IMG/VR virus record: IMGVR_UViG_3300042861_002374
Strand: one strand, 5' to 3'
DNA from: an uncultured virus (IMG/VR IMGVR_UViG_3300042861_002374)
Taxonomy: Varidnaviria > Bamfordvirae
DNA: 64,000 nucleotides
Below the pieces are notes generated by a model. The model was given only the letters and a program-made list of their open reading frames with translations, was not told the DNA's origin and made no database searches. How positions within the stretch are numbered: the stretch's first letter is position 1; each line of letters starts with the position of its first letter. Below, in pieces: positions 43,461 through 53,600 of this stretch. The position numbers were made by a program, and so were the translations under genes.

Positions 43461-44591
43461 ATGGATAAAAATATATCAGTTTTTGGTGTTGGAAGGCTTG
43501 GTATTTGTGTTTCTCTATGCTTAGAGAAGGCTGGTTATAATGTATTAGGAGTTGATACTATAACAAGTTATGTAAAGGAAATTAATGATAAGACTTTAAA
43601 CTCGCCTGAACCTGGAGTTACGAAAATGTTAAAGGAAAGCGAAAATTTTTCAGTAACTACAAGTATAGATGAAGCGTTGGATTTTAGTGACATAATTTTT
43701 ATTTACCTTGCTACACCATCTGGTGGTGGAAATAAGCATTATGATCATACTGCATTAGGTAAATTGCTTATGATTATTAATGAGAAAAAAGTTGAAAATA
43801 AACATATTGTAATAGGTTGTACTATTATTCCTGGATATATAAGAGAAGTAGGTAATTATTTGATAAAAGATTGTGTTAATACCTCACTGAGTTATAATCC
43901 TGAATTTATCTCACAAGGAAATATAATTGACGGAATTTTCTTTGCAGATTTTATTTTAATTGGAGAAGGATCTAAAGAAGCCGGAGATAGGTTAGAAAAA
44001 ATATACAAAAACATAGCAAAATGTAATAAAAGTATTACTAATGAAGAAATTTCTATTCATAGAATGAGTCCGAGTAGTGCAGAAATAACAAAATTAAGTG
44101 TAAATTGTTTTGTTACAACTAAAATAGCTTTTGCGAATATGATTGGAGATGTGGCTGATCTTACACCAGATGCTGACAAATTTGGTATACTGAAAGCTAT
44201 TGGTTCTGATTCTAGAATAGGAAAAAAATATTTGACACCCGGTTATGGTTTTGGTGGACCTTGCTTTCCACGTGATAACAGAGCATTGGGTGGTTATATT
44301 AAAAGCCTTGGAGTTGATCCTTTGATACCAGAGGCGACTGATTTATCAAATAAATCACATACTCAATTTCAAGTGAAACAAATATTAGAAACAAATGTTA
44401 AGGAATATACTGTTCAAGGTGCTGGATATAAGGAACCTTGTACAGTGCCTATTATTGAAGAGTCTCAAAAACTATTTATTGGAGCAGAACTTGCTAAAAA
44501 AGGTGTAAATGTAACAGTTAAAGATAATAAATTACTATTGGATTGTGTAAAACTAGAGTACGGTGATCTGTTTTCTTATCATCAGATATAA
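43461..44591 (+). CDS. ugd: UDP-glucose/GDP-mannose dehydrogenase family protein
   Basis: GVGRLG, YNPEF, AEITKLSVN and GYGFGGPCFPRD. Confidence 0.9.
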   Translation: MDKNISVFGVGRLGICVSLCLEKAGYNVLGVDTITSYVKEINDKTLNSPEPGVTKMLKESENFSVTTSIDEALDFSDIIFIYLATPSGGGNKHYDHTALGKLLMIINEKKVENKHIVIGCTIIPGYIREVGNYLIKDCVNTSLSYNPEFISQGNIIDGIFFADFILIGEGSKEAGDRLEKIYKNIAKCNKSITNEEISIHRMSPSSAEITKLSVNCFVTTKIAFANMIGDVADLTPDADKFGILKAIGSDSRIGKKYLTPGYGFGGPCFPRDNRALGGYIKSLGVDPLIPEATDLSNKSHTQFQVKQILETNVKEYTVQGAGYKEPCTVPIIEESQKLFIGAELAKKGVNVTVKDNKLLLDCVKLEYGDLFSYHQI

Positions 44592-44593
44592 AA

Positions 44594-44617
44594 AATTAAT
44601 ACTAATTAGTATTAATT
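44594..44617. terminator. Perfect 24-bp palindrome just after the stop codon
   Basis: aattaatactaattagtattaatt. Confidence 0.65.
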
Positions 44618-44692
44618 AAACGACAGAACAACTGTTTATTTATTCTCAATTATTTTTTTAATCTATAAGTTAATCTTTACAATAAATAAATA

Positions 44693-45190
44693 ATGGAATA
44701 CGGAATAGAAATTTGTGAATCTGTACGAGACGATAATTATAATAGAAATGTTGGCTATAAAGAAGATAACGATTGTATTAGGAAATACTTTAGCACTAAT
44801 ACATTACGTATAATTTCTGCAAAAATTACACAGTTACTTCAGGGTGTTGATCAAGAAAACCGACCTATCATTGTTCCGGATAAAACTATTTCGAGTGTTA
44901 TGAGTGAAATTTATAATTCGTATCGACCTCCTACTGGTGATATTTATTCTCGGTATATTATTCCTTCTGGAACAAACTCAGATGATTATGTTCAAAACAT
45001 GATAGACCAGACTATAGAAGTTATTACTTCAGACGTAAGGAATAACTTGGGAATGGATGAAATTAACAAAAATTTGACTATTTGGACATCTGTTTATGGT
45101 GATTTTAATCGTCACGGTCTTAGACAAGTTCCACCTATCAAGATTAGGAACAAGCATCCGGCTCATTTTCAATTTCACATGAGATATTAA
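44693..45190 (+). CDS. Hypothetical protein, possibly virion-associated
   Basis: 165-aa ORF with YFSTNT and TIWTSVYGDFN. Confidence 0.7.
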   Translation: MEYGIEICESVRDDNYNRNVGYKEDNDCIRKYFSTNTLRIISAKITQLLQGVDQENRPIIVPDKTISSVMSEIYNSYRPPTGDIYSRYIIPSGTNSDDYVQNMIDQTIEVITSDVRNNLGMDEINKNLTIWTSVYGDFNRHGLRQVPPIKIRNKHPAHFQFHMRY

Positions 45191-45191
45191 A

Positions 45192-46370
45192 TTATTTTGT
45201 TTTAATCTTTAAAAAACTAGCAGCACCTGTAGCATGACGAAGAGTAGGTATAAGTCGTTTTTTCCAGTCAGCTCCAACTGATTTTTCAGACATTACATAT
45301 ATATCTCCTGGATCAAGAGGTATTTTAATCATTTCACCGACCGGTTTAAGTTGATAAAACCATTGAAAATAAATAGGCATTGAACTATATCCAAGACGTA
45401 TAGCAATTACTTTCACACGTTCCGAATCACCATGCCAACCAATTCCGCATTTGTCAGTATCATAGTAATAATTTGATTCAACTTTTAAATCTTCAGCTTT
45501 TTTACCAAAAAGAGTAGAAAATTTTTCTCTCAATTCTTTCATAATAGGTACCTTATTGTAACCGATTATAGTTCCTTTACCTTCTTCGTAAGAAGACGAT
45601 CTATCTTTTTCATCAAAGCACAAGTTCCATCTAGCGTTTTTATTTCTAACTTGTCCATACATAAATGCTTTTTTATCATATGCTAGTTTTGTTTGCTCAT
45701 TAAACAAATCAATTTGATTGAAATTTTTTCCATTTTCATTCACTAATGTAGTAGCTGCTCCTTTCATAACAAGCACATATGCATCTGTCTTATTTGGAAT
45801 ATCTGGATGATCTTTTAGTGCGTCAGTTAAGCATATTAATTTACATTCAACATTACGTTTTTTCATGATTTCACTCATTTCTTCAAGATCAGCAAGATTA
45901 AAACCATTACCAGGTGGTAATTTTTTACCAACTTGTTCCATACCTTTATGATTTTCTGCTGCATCTCCAAAAGTAAGAGTAATTAATTGTTTTGCCATTT
46001 CTTTTTTTTTACGTTTTATTAGATCCTCGACAGGTTTATAACATCTGTTGATCAAATCTACAAGAACTTGATTGTTACACATAGGTTCTTGCCATTCTTT
46101 ACGAGGATTATGACAAAAACATCCAAGATTTTTGCCCTTTAATTCGTCAATATCGTAAATAAGATTAGAACGAAACAAATAAATAACATATAATTTTAAA
46201 GATTTTTTTATATCTGGTTCTGAAGAGAATGGGTTTCCCCATTTGCTTGGACCATAATATCCGATCTTATTACCAGTGTAAACATTTATAGGATTATCCA
46301 TCCATTCTTGTATACTACTATATCCTGCCTTTTCTAATTCATCTGTTTTAAGACTTACTTCTCTTGTCAT
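45192..46370 (-). CDS. DUF4326-like domain fused to an AlkB-type 2OG-Fe(II) oxygenase
   Basis: SKWGNPF and ELKGKNLGCFC at the N-terminus; NYY...GIGWHGDSE...LRHATG in the oxygenase. Confidence 0.78.
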   Translation of the reverse strand: MTREVSLKTDELEKAGYSSIQEWMDNPINVYTGNKIGYYGPSKWGNPFSSEPDIKKSLKLYVIYLFRSNLIYDIDELKGKNLGCFCHNPRKEWQEPMCNNQVLVDLINRCYKPVEDLIKRKKKEMAKQLITLTFGDAAENHKGMEQVGKKLPPGNGFNLADLEEMSEIMKKRNVECKLICLTDALKDHPDIPNKTDAYVLVMKGAATTLVNENGKNFNQIDLFNEQTKLAYDKKAFMYGQVRNKNARWNLCFDEKDRSSSYEEGKGTIIGYNKVPIMKELREKFSTLFGKKAEDLKVESNYYYDTDKCGIGWHGDSERVKVIAIRLGYSSMPIYFQWFYQLKPVGEMIKIPLDPGDIYVMSEKSVGADWKKRLIPTLRHATGAASFLKIKTK

Positions 46371-46437
46371 TCTTTCTTATAAGTTAATATTGAATAATAA
46401 AAATTCAATATTATTTAAAGTATTAAAAAATGTGTAC

Positions 46438-47223
46438 TTAGAACTTTATTTTTTCTTCAAAAAGAGTACCAAGTGATAGAAATTTAGGTACTTGTTTTGT
46501 GTTTCCATGACATTCATAATCTATTTTGTTGAATCCTTCCCTAAATTTGATTATGTTCAAATGTCCTCCGTATTGTTCCAGAACACGCCAATGTGGAGAT
46601 GGCCCTATAACTACTGTTTTCGTACCCATCATAGAATTATACATTTTTGCAAGAAGAGTTATAGATAAATCGTAAAGTCTATTATGTTTATTATCATTAA
46701 TCCAAGCTTGGCAGCAGTTAAATGAACAAAAAACTCCATCTGTTTCATAATAGTCTCCAATTTTTACAGAGAGTTGATCATTATTTTTAATAAGGTGTCT
46801 GCGCTTTTCAGTAATATTTTCTTTAATAGTGTAAGTATCTCTGCTAATATGAGAATGATATGTTTTTTCAGCTTGACTTGTAATATATTTAATTGGACAA
46901 CCGATTGGGCGTGTATCAAATGGATTCTTGCACCAAAAACAATGGTATCTTAATAGATTTACATCCATTCTAGATTGAAAATCTATCATAGAAACATGAC
47001 ATACATGATTCCTTTTAGACTCGTCCAAAAATGATATTACTTCTGGAGTGCCTTTATCAGTATTCAAATCAGTAAGTTTTGTTGTATTAACACAAATCTT
47101 ATCTTCAATAAACTGTTCTGGTATAATTTTAATATTGTAAGTATTGTTTATACGAGAGACGTTTACTCCTGTAAGAGTAAATGCATACTTTCCCTTTTTG
47201 GTTGCAACTTTTTTAATAGTCAT
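46438..47223 (-). CDS. Late transcription factor VLTF2-like
   Basis: CFWC..PF...PIGCP, DGVFCSFNC and P.WRVL..YGG.L.I..FR. Confidence 0.85.
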   Translation of the reverse strand: MTIKKVATKKGKYAFTLTGVNVSRINNTYNIKIIPEQFIEDKICVNTTKLTDLNTDKGTPEVISFLDESKRNHVCHVSMIDFQSRMDVNLLRYHCFWCKNPFDTRPIGCPIKYITSQAEKTYHSHISRDTYTIKENITEKRRHLIKNNDQLSVKIGDYYETDGVFCSFNCCQAWINDNKHNRLYDLSITLLAKMYNSMMGTKTVVIGPSPHWRVLEQYGGHLNIIKFREGFNKIDYECHGNTKQVPKFLSLGTLFEEKIKF

Positions 47224-47284
47224 TTGGTTTATAAATTAATTTTCTTATAATGTTTTCATTTTTATATTTACTTCTAATAAGTAA

Positions 47285-48733
47285 ATGTTTAAGTGTAAGA
47301 AAAATAAATTTTGGCTTGAAAATATATCAAATCTTTTTTGTAATTTTACTCTCTTGCCTTTACAAGGTATGAGTTTAGCCGCTCAAATGAATTCTTTAAC
47401 AAGATTAAGTATTATGATTTTTTTTATTTTGCTTTTACTTGGATTTAAATTTTGTGGTCTTTTTTTACTTATTTCACTGTTATTTATAATTATTCTTTAC
47501 TACATAGAAAGGAATAACATGGAAAGATTTAAAACAGAATATTATCGTCCACAAAATAACAGAACACAAATGAAAGATCAACACATTCATAGATTTGAAA
47601 ATTTAAGTAACTCTCAAAGATTTTGCAATGACGAAAAATCTTTAGAAGCTCCTAAAGGAGGTATTAATAATCCAGAGTGGATGTCAGAAAATCAAAAACT
47701 TGTAGGAGGACCTAATCCAAAAACCAAGATCCCCCCTGTTATTATAGCACCTCTGGCTGATCTTAGTTACTGGAGAGGTACTAATTTGGTTACTTATCCT
47801 CAAATTAATGAAGAATGTAACATTGATATATATCGTTCTGGATATCAGATATCTTCTGAATGTGATCACAACAAAACACCTTTTTCAGAAAATTATTGTA
47901 GTCGCAATAATAAAGAAAAAAGACTTTATCAATATAACCAAAATTATAACCAAAATTATAAAGAAAATATTAAAGAAGAAAATTTTGAACTTCCATATCT
48001 TCTTCGCGAAAAAACTCCTGGTGATATCAATACGGCGTGTGGTTATAATCCAGAACAACTAATAAGATCTGGTTTACCAAGTAATATGTCATCAGGAATT
48101 TGTTCTCAAAATCCTTATATGAAACAATACAATGAAAATTTATTTACTCAAACAATTCAACCTGGTATATACACACGCAATGAAATCAACGAACCTATTA
48201 ACTCCAATATTGGTATTTCTTTTAATCAACAATTTCCACCAACAACTTCAAAAACAAATATGATTTCTGGAAATATAAACTACACTCAAAATGATCCGCG
48301 TATTATAGAACCTGTATATGAAAACACAAAACCAGTATTTTTTGGAGAACCTACAGAAGCAGATATCTATGATCCGCGTTTTACTGGTTATGGAACTTCT
48401 TATCGATCTTACACTGATGATAATATAGGACAAACAAGGTTCTACTATAACGATGTAGATGCAATCCGTATGCCAAACTACATTACTCGAAGTCATATTG
48501 ATAATCAACCTTTTGCGGATAGTTATGGTCCTCTTCCACCAGGAGGTGAAAATGGAAATCGTTTTACATCAAGTATTCATGATATGGCCAACGATGCATT
48601 TCTTCAAGGAGCTCTTCAACATAGAACAGAAATATCTGAAAGATTAATGCGTAAAGTTAACTCAGAACAATGGCAACGTCGTTCTGCACCTATTAGAACA
48701 CATAATACTCGTATGTTAGGAGGATTGAGTTAA
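47285..48733 (+). CDS. Virion-associated protein with N-terminal TM helices (P9-TM-like)
   Basis: FWLEN...QMNSLTRL followed by a TM pair; NPKTKIPP and YDPRFTGYG. Confidence 0.7.
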   Translation: MFKCKKNKFWLENISNLFCNFTLLPLQGMSLAAQMNSLTRLSIMIFFILLLLGFKFCGLFLLISLLFIIILYYIERNNMERFKTEYYRPQNNRTQMKDQHIHRFENLSNSQRFCNDEKSLEAPKGGINNPEWMSENQKLVGGPNPKTKIPPVIIAPLADLSYWRGTNLVTYPQINEECNIDIYRSGYQISSECDHNKTPFSENYCSRNNKEKRLYQYNQNYNQNYKENIKEENFELPYLLREKTPGDINTACGYNPEQLIRSGLPSNMSSGICSQNPYMKQYNENLFTQTIQPGIYTRNEINEPINSNIGISFNQQFPPTTSKTNMISGNINYTQNDPRIIEPVYENTKPVFFGEPTEADIYDPRFTGYGTSYRSYTDDNIGQTRFYYNDVDAIRMPNYITRSHIDNQPFADSYGPLPPGGENGNRFTSSIHDMANDAFLQGALQHRTEISERLMRKVNSEQWQRRSAPIRTHNTRMLGGLS

Positions 48734-48738
48734 TTAAA

Positions 48739-48762
48739 TTCTAATACAAAAAAGTATTAGAA
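48739..48762. terminator. Hairpin between convergent genes
   Basis: ttctaatac-aaaaaa-gtattagaa. Confidence 0.65.
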
Positions 48763-48766
48763 CATT

Positions 48767-49423
48767 TTACCATCTAGGAGCCCACCTCTCCCAATTGTGT
48801 TTACTCATCTGTTTTGAAAGAAGATCCTCTCGATGTTCTTGACTGTCTTCTATCCAAGATAATCCTCCTTTATAATATTTTTTATCCGTGTTTATTGGAT
48901 CATTACTGATTAGAGGCTCTCTTTCATAATGTGCCTTTAAGGAACCCATTGGATCTCTGTAAAGTATACCTTGTGATCTTATTGGTGTAGAAAAAAGTGG
49001 TGAGAAAAATGGATCTTGAATAGATTTATCAATGTAATATGTAATTTGACCAGCATTTATGTCAGAATATGTATTATATGATTTACCGTAATTAGTTAGG
49101 TTTTTATCTGTATAAATTTTATCTAGATCAATTTTACTATCAATTGGTGGATTATCCAAAGTAAGTCTGTCACCTCCGTGAGACGCTGAAATTAATCTAG
49201 GATCATTACTTCTATATTGAACTTTTGAAAAACTTTGTACAGGAAAAAAATCAGTTGCATACTTACTTTCCATCGCATATGGATTTAGATAACTATATCC
49301 ATTTTTTTTCACTGGTTCAATACCATCTCTAAACAACATTTTATTGTGAGCATCAAAGTTTTTTGGAATTTTGCAATTTCTGATAGACATGTTAGTAGGA
49401 AAATCTATAGAGCTACTATTCAT
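48767..49423 (-). CDS. Hypothetical protein, distantly similar to the C-terminus of the convergent neighbour
   Basis: Both share DPR, YG.SY..Y.D...GQ..[YF]Y and HR......M.K.N.E.W. Confidence 0.7.
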   Translation of the reverse strand: MNSSSIDFPTNMSIRNCKIPKNFDAHNKMLFRDGIEPVKKNGYSYLNPYAMESKYATDFFPVQSFSKVQYRSNDPRLISASHGGDRLTLDNPPIDSKIDLDKIYTDKNLTNYGKSYNTYSDINAGQITYYIDKSIQDPFFSPLFSTPIRSQGILYRDPMGSLKAHYEREPLISNDPINTDKKYYKGGLSWIEDSQEHREDLLSKQMSKHNWERWAPRW

Positions 49424-49483
49424 TTATAAGATAAAAGGTTTTTCTTTTTTAATGGTTTTTGTTATCATTAAAAAATATTACAA

Positions 49484-50260
49484 TTACTTGTTGCGGCAAC
49501 GTTTAGTTGAGCGATTACGAACTTGTCCAGACTTGCATGGAACTAGCTTCTTAGCAGACTTCTTAGCAGACTTCTTGGCCGACTTCTTGGCCGACTTCTT
49601 AGCAGACTTCTTAGCAGACTTCTTAGCAGACTTCTTAGGAGAATTCTTGTCAGACTTCTTGCGACCAGCCGACCTCTTCTTACGGCAACGCTTGGTGGAT
49701 TGATCACGAACCTGACCGGACTTGCACGGAGCCCTTGACTTTCGTGTAGCAGACTTTCTTTTACCGGGCGACCTCTTATTACGGCAACGCTTGGTGATTT
49801 GGTCACGAACCTGACCAGACTTGCACGGCGCCCTTGACTTCTTGGCAGACTTCTTTCGACCGGCCGACCTCTTATTACGGCAACGCTTTGTAGATTGATC
49901 ACGAACTTGACCAGACTTGCACGGAGCCCTTGACTTTCGAGTAGCCGACTTTCGCTTCTTGGAAGACTTACTTTTCTTGGAAGAAACAGACTTACGACCA
50001 GCTGATCTCTTCTTTCTGCAACGTTTAGTGGATCTATCACGAATCTGACCAGACTTGCACGGAGCTCTCGATTTCTTTGAAGAAGACAATTTAACTTTAT
50101 TAGAACGAAGCTTTGTAATTAGACTAGACTTTTTTAGTCCGGTATATTTAATTCCTTTAGATTGTGCCAACTTTTGAAGTTGTGCCAAAGTATGTACTTT
50201 TTTCGACCGTGAACTTCGAGACGAACTTTTACGTGACTTTGCCATTTCTTTATTATACAT
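49484..50260 (-). CDS. Highly basic DNA-binding repeat protein with histone-H1-like tail
   Basis: K/R/S-rich. HeH/SAP-like N-terminal motif, five PCKSGQxRxxxTKRCR repeats and a (KKSA)n tract. Confidence 0.8.
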   Translation of the reverse strand: MYNKEMAKSRKSSSRSSRSKKVHTLAQLQKLAQSKGIKYTGLKKSSLITKLRSNKVKLSSSKKSRAPCKSGQIRDRSTKRCRKKRSAGRKSVSSKKSKSSKKRKSATRKSRAPCKSGQVRDQSTKRCRNKRSAGRKKSAKKSRAPCKSGQVRDQITKRCRNKRSPGKRKSATRKSRAPCKSGQVRDQSTKRCRKKRSAGRKKSDKNSPKKSAKKSAKKSAKKSAKKSAKKSAKKSAKKLVPCKSGQVRNRSTKRCRNK

Positions 50261-50368
50261 CGAGAAAAATAAAAATGTTGTAAATAAATTTCAAATCTAA
50301 ACATTTGAAGTTCTTTAAAATAAGTTTCTTCATAATCATAATATGAAGAAAAATTATATTTTAATTTT

Positions 50369-50611
50369 TTATTCTTTCAAAACGTAACACTCTGAAGTTG
50401 TGTTGGATTCACTGGGATGTGAATATTTTAACAAATTATTAATAAGATCTACGTGACCTAAAATCATTCTTCTACAACAAATTTTTTTTAAACCCAATCG
50501 ATCAAGTGCGTCTTTAGTTGATACGTCTTCTGACAACATATTCTGATATGAATCCCATTTATTAGCTATTGTTTTTCCACAAGTGTAGCAGCGAACTGGT
50601 AAAATACACAT
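50369..50611 (-). CDS. rpb10: RNA polymerase subunit RPB10
   Basis: [10 protein letters not shown]...[15 protein letters not shown]. Confidence 0.95.
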   Translation of the reverse strand: MCILPVRCYTCGKTIANKWDSYQNMLSEDVSTKDALDRLGLKKICCRRMILGHVDLINNLLKYSHPSESNTTSECYVLKE

Positions 50612-50699
50612 TTGCTTTAATTATCTTAAATTAGTATTTAATTTCATTTTAAAATTTAAAAATGATTTTTTTCTTCTGCTAAGTTAATTTTTTATAAGA

Positions 50700-53600
50700 A
50701 TGATGTCTGAAACGCATACATGGGATATTTTGAAAGATCACTTTAAAAGAAAAGGTTTTGTGCATCACCAAACTGAATCATTTGATCATTTTATAAATGT
50801 AGGAATTCAAAAAATTATTACCGAGGAACCTGACATTGTAATGAACTCTAAATCAGGAAAAAATCCAGGATCTTATACTTCATATAAAGTATCATTTAGT
50901 AATGTTCATATTCCTCACCCAACTATTACAGAAGATACTCGAGTTCTTAGAAATTTTTATCCTTCCGAAGCGCGTCAGAGAGATTTGACTTATGATTCTC
51001 CAATCTATGCAACTGTCACAGAAACATTACAGATTGAAGGAAAAGAAACAGAAGTTAACCAACACGTGAGAGTAGTTTTAGGGCGTATTCCTATAATGAT
51101 AAGAAGCAGTAAATGTTATCTTACAAATATGACACCAGACGAAAGAATTTCAGCCGGAGAATGCGAATATGATCAAGGTGGATATTTTATTGTTAAGGGA
51201 AAGGAAAGAGTTTTAATATCACAGTTAAGAGGAGTCTATAATGTTCCGTTGGTTTTAGAACAGAGAACAGGTGATAAAAATATCTATTCTTGTGAAATGA
51301 GAAGTATGTCAGAAGAAACTGGACATTCTGTTCTTATTAGCGCTGTAATAGGAACTGATGACAGAACTTTATCTTTTTATCTGCCCTATATTAAGAATCC
51401 AATCCCAATAGGTGTAGTTTTTAAAGCAATGGGATATAGATCAGAACAATTTTCTGATTTAATTGGTCTAACTTGCGATAAAATGAATAAGTATATTAGA
51501 TTAATAATCAACGATTCGTTTTTTGTTGAGGAAGAAAACGACGGGTTTGATTTCTTTGTGAGCGAGAATCAAAGCATTATCTCAAAACAATTAGGAATAG
51601 ATGATTCAAAAAATATTACAAATGAGAACAAAAAAAGAATTTCCGATAAATTGACTTTATTATGGAAGGAACAAGATCAGTTAGAGTGGAAAACGAAATC
51701 TACACGAAACAACGCTTTAAAATATATAGGACAACATACTAATCACCCTATTAAAGAAGCGGAGAGAAAAGATTACGCAGAACAGGTTGTTGATAGCGAA
51801 ATTTTTCCTCACATGGGAGTAACTTCTAGTACCCGTGAGAAAGCTTATTTACTTGGTCATATGGTACATAAATTAATGGCTACATTACTGGGTTTTCGTA
51901 AACCAGATGATAGAGACAATTATATAAATAAACGTGTTGAATCTCCAGGAGTTTTATGTCATGAACTCTTTCGACAATTGTTTAAGAAATATATTGCGAC
52001 TATTGTAGCTACAATTGAAAAGAAAAAACAACTTCCAGATGTAATGAGTATCATTCCTCGTCTAACAGATATCACAAAAGGATTTAATCACTGTTTTGGT
52101 ACAGGTAATTGGGGTGTACCCAAAAATAGCTATGTTCGAGCTGGTGTAGCACAAATTTTGTCTCGTTTATCATATGGAGCTACTTTATCAAATTTGCGGA
52201 GAGTTTCTATTCCTGTAGGTAAAGAATCAAAAAATGCTGCAATTCGACAAATTAATCCATCTCAAATTATGTACATATGTCCAGTTGAAACACCCGAGGG
52301 AGCACCAGTTGGTATTGTTCTAAATTTATCTTTGCTCACGCGTATTTCTGATAGAATACCAACTGTATTAGTAAAAGAAGTGATCGAACTATGTGACAAC
52401 ATTTCACCTATAGAAAATCTTGAATGTTTTAAAGAGCAAACAAAAGTATTTTTAAATGGAATTCTTCTCGGATCAGCAGAAGATCCAAATGAACTTTTGG
52501 AAGAATTAAAGGAATTGCGTAGAATCAAAATGCTTCCATGGGACGTTTCCATTTCGTATGATAATATTGATGATGAACTTCACGTATGTTCTGATGAAGG
52601 AAGACTTTTACGACCTGTTTTTAAATTAAAAGATAATAAGTTAATTATCACAGAAACAGATGGAACAAACTGGGATGATTTGGTTGAAAAAGGAATAATA
52701 ACTTATATTGATAATATGGAAGCAAATAACTCTGTAATAGCTTTTCATCAAAAAGAATTAGGAAAATATAAGAACGACTATTGTGAAATTTCTCCTGCAA
52801 TGATGCTTGGAGTGATGGCATCTATTATTCCCTTCCCAGACCATTCACAATGCATCTTTAAAGATGAGCCAGTGTATATGGCTAATGGAACTGTGAAAAA
52901 AATATGTGACGTCCAAGTTGGAGATGAAGTAATCACATTCCATCCTGAAACACAACAACAAAGTATCACAAAAGTTTCACATACATATACAAATAAAACA
53001 GATAAACAATTATTTGAAATAACTACATTAAGCGGTCGAAAAATCACAGCTACTTTTGATCATCGTTTTATGACTTTTGATGGATGGAAACGTATAGAAG
53101 AAATTGAAGTTGGAAAAACATTGGTAGGTGTATCAACAGAACCTAAACCTGTTTCTAATTTAGTTGATGAGTATATAGTTCTTACCAAAGAGCAATTTAT
53201 TGAAAGATGTTTGAATGCTAAAATAGAAGAACATTTTGTAACAAAATACGCGTCTGAAATATCCTTTCCGATAAAAAGTACTGATACTAATTTATATATT
53301 GTAAGTCGTCTTTTTGGATTTATATCTACAGAATGGTGTTATCTTGGCTTTTCAGATCAAGGTGATTTAATACTAAATGTATACTTTACAAATGAACATA
53401 GTGCTAGTTTATTTAATGAAGATGCTGAAAGGTTAGGATTTAAGTATAAATGCATTTCCGACGTGGCAAAGTTTGTAGACTTATACGAATCTACTTATCA
53501 TTCTACAATAGAATATTCTGGATCATTTCCTTCATTGTTTATTGCGCTTGGATGTAACAACACTATTCAAGAGGGTAAATACAAACCTTTGCCAAATTGG

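Noticed and set aside
49543..50040. Alternative-frame ORFs 49543-50040 and 49371-49703
   Set aside because: They are by-products of the repeats in the basic protein gene.
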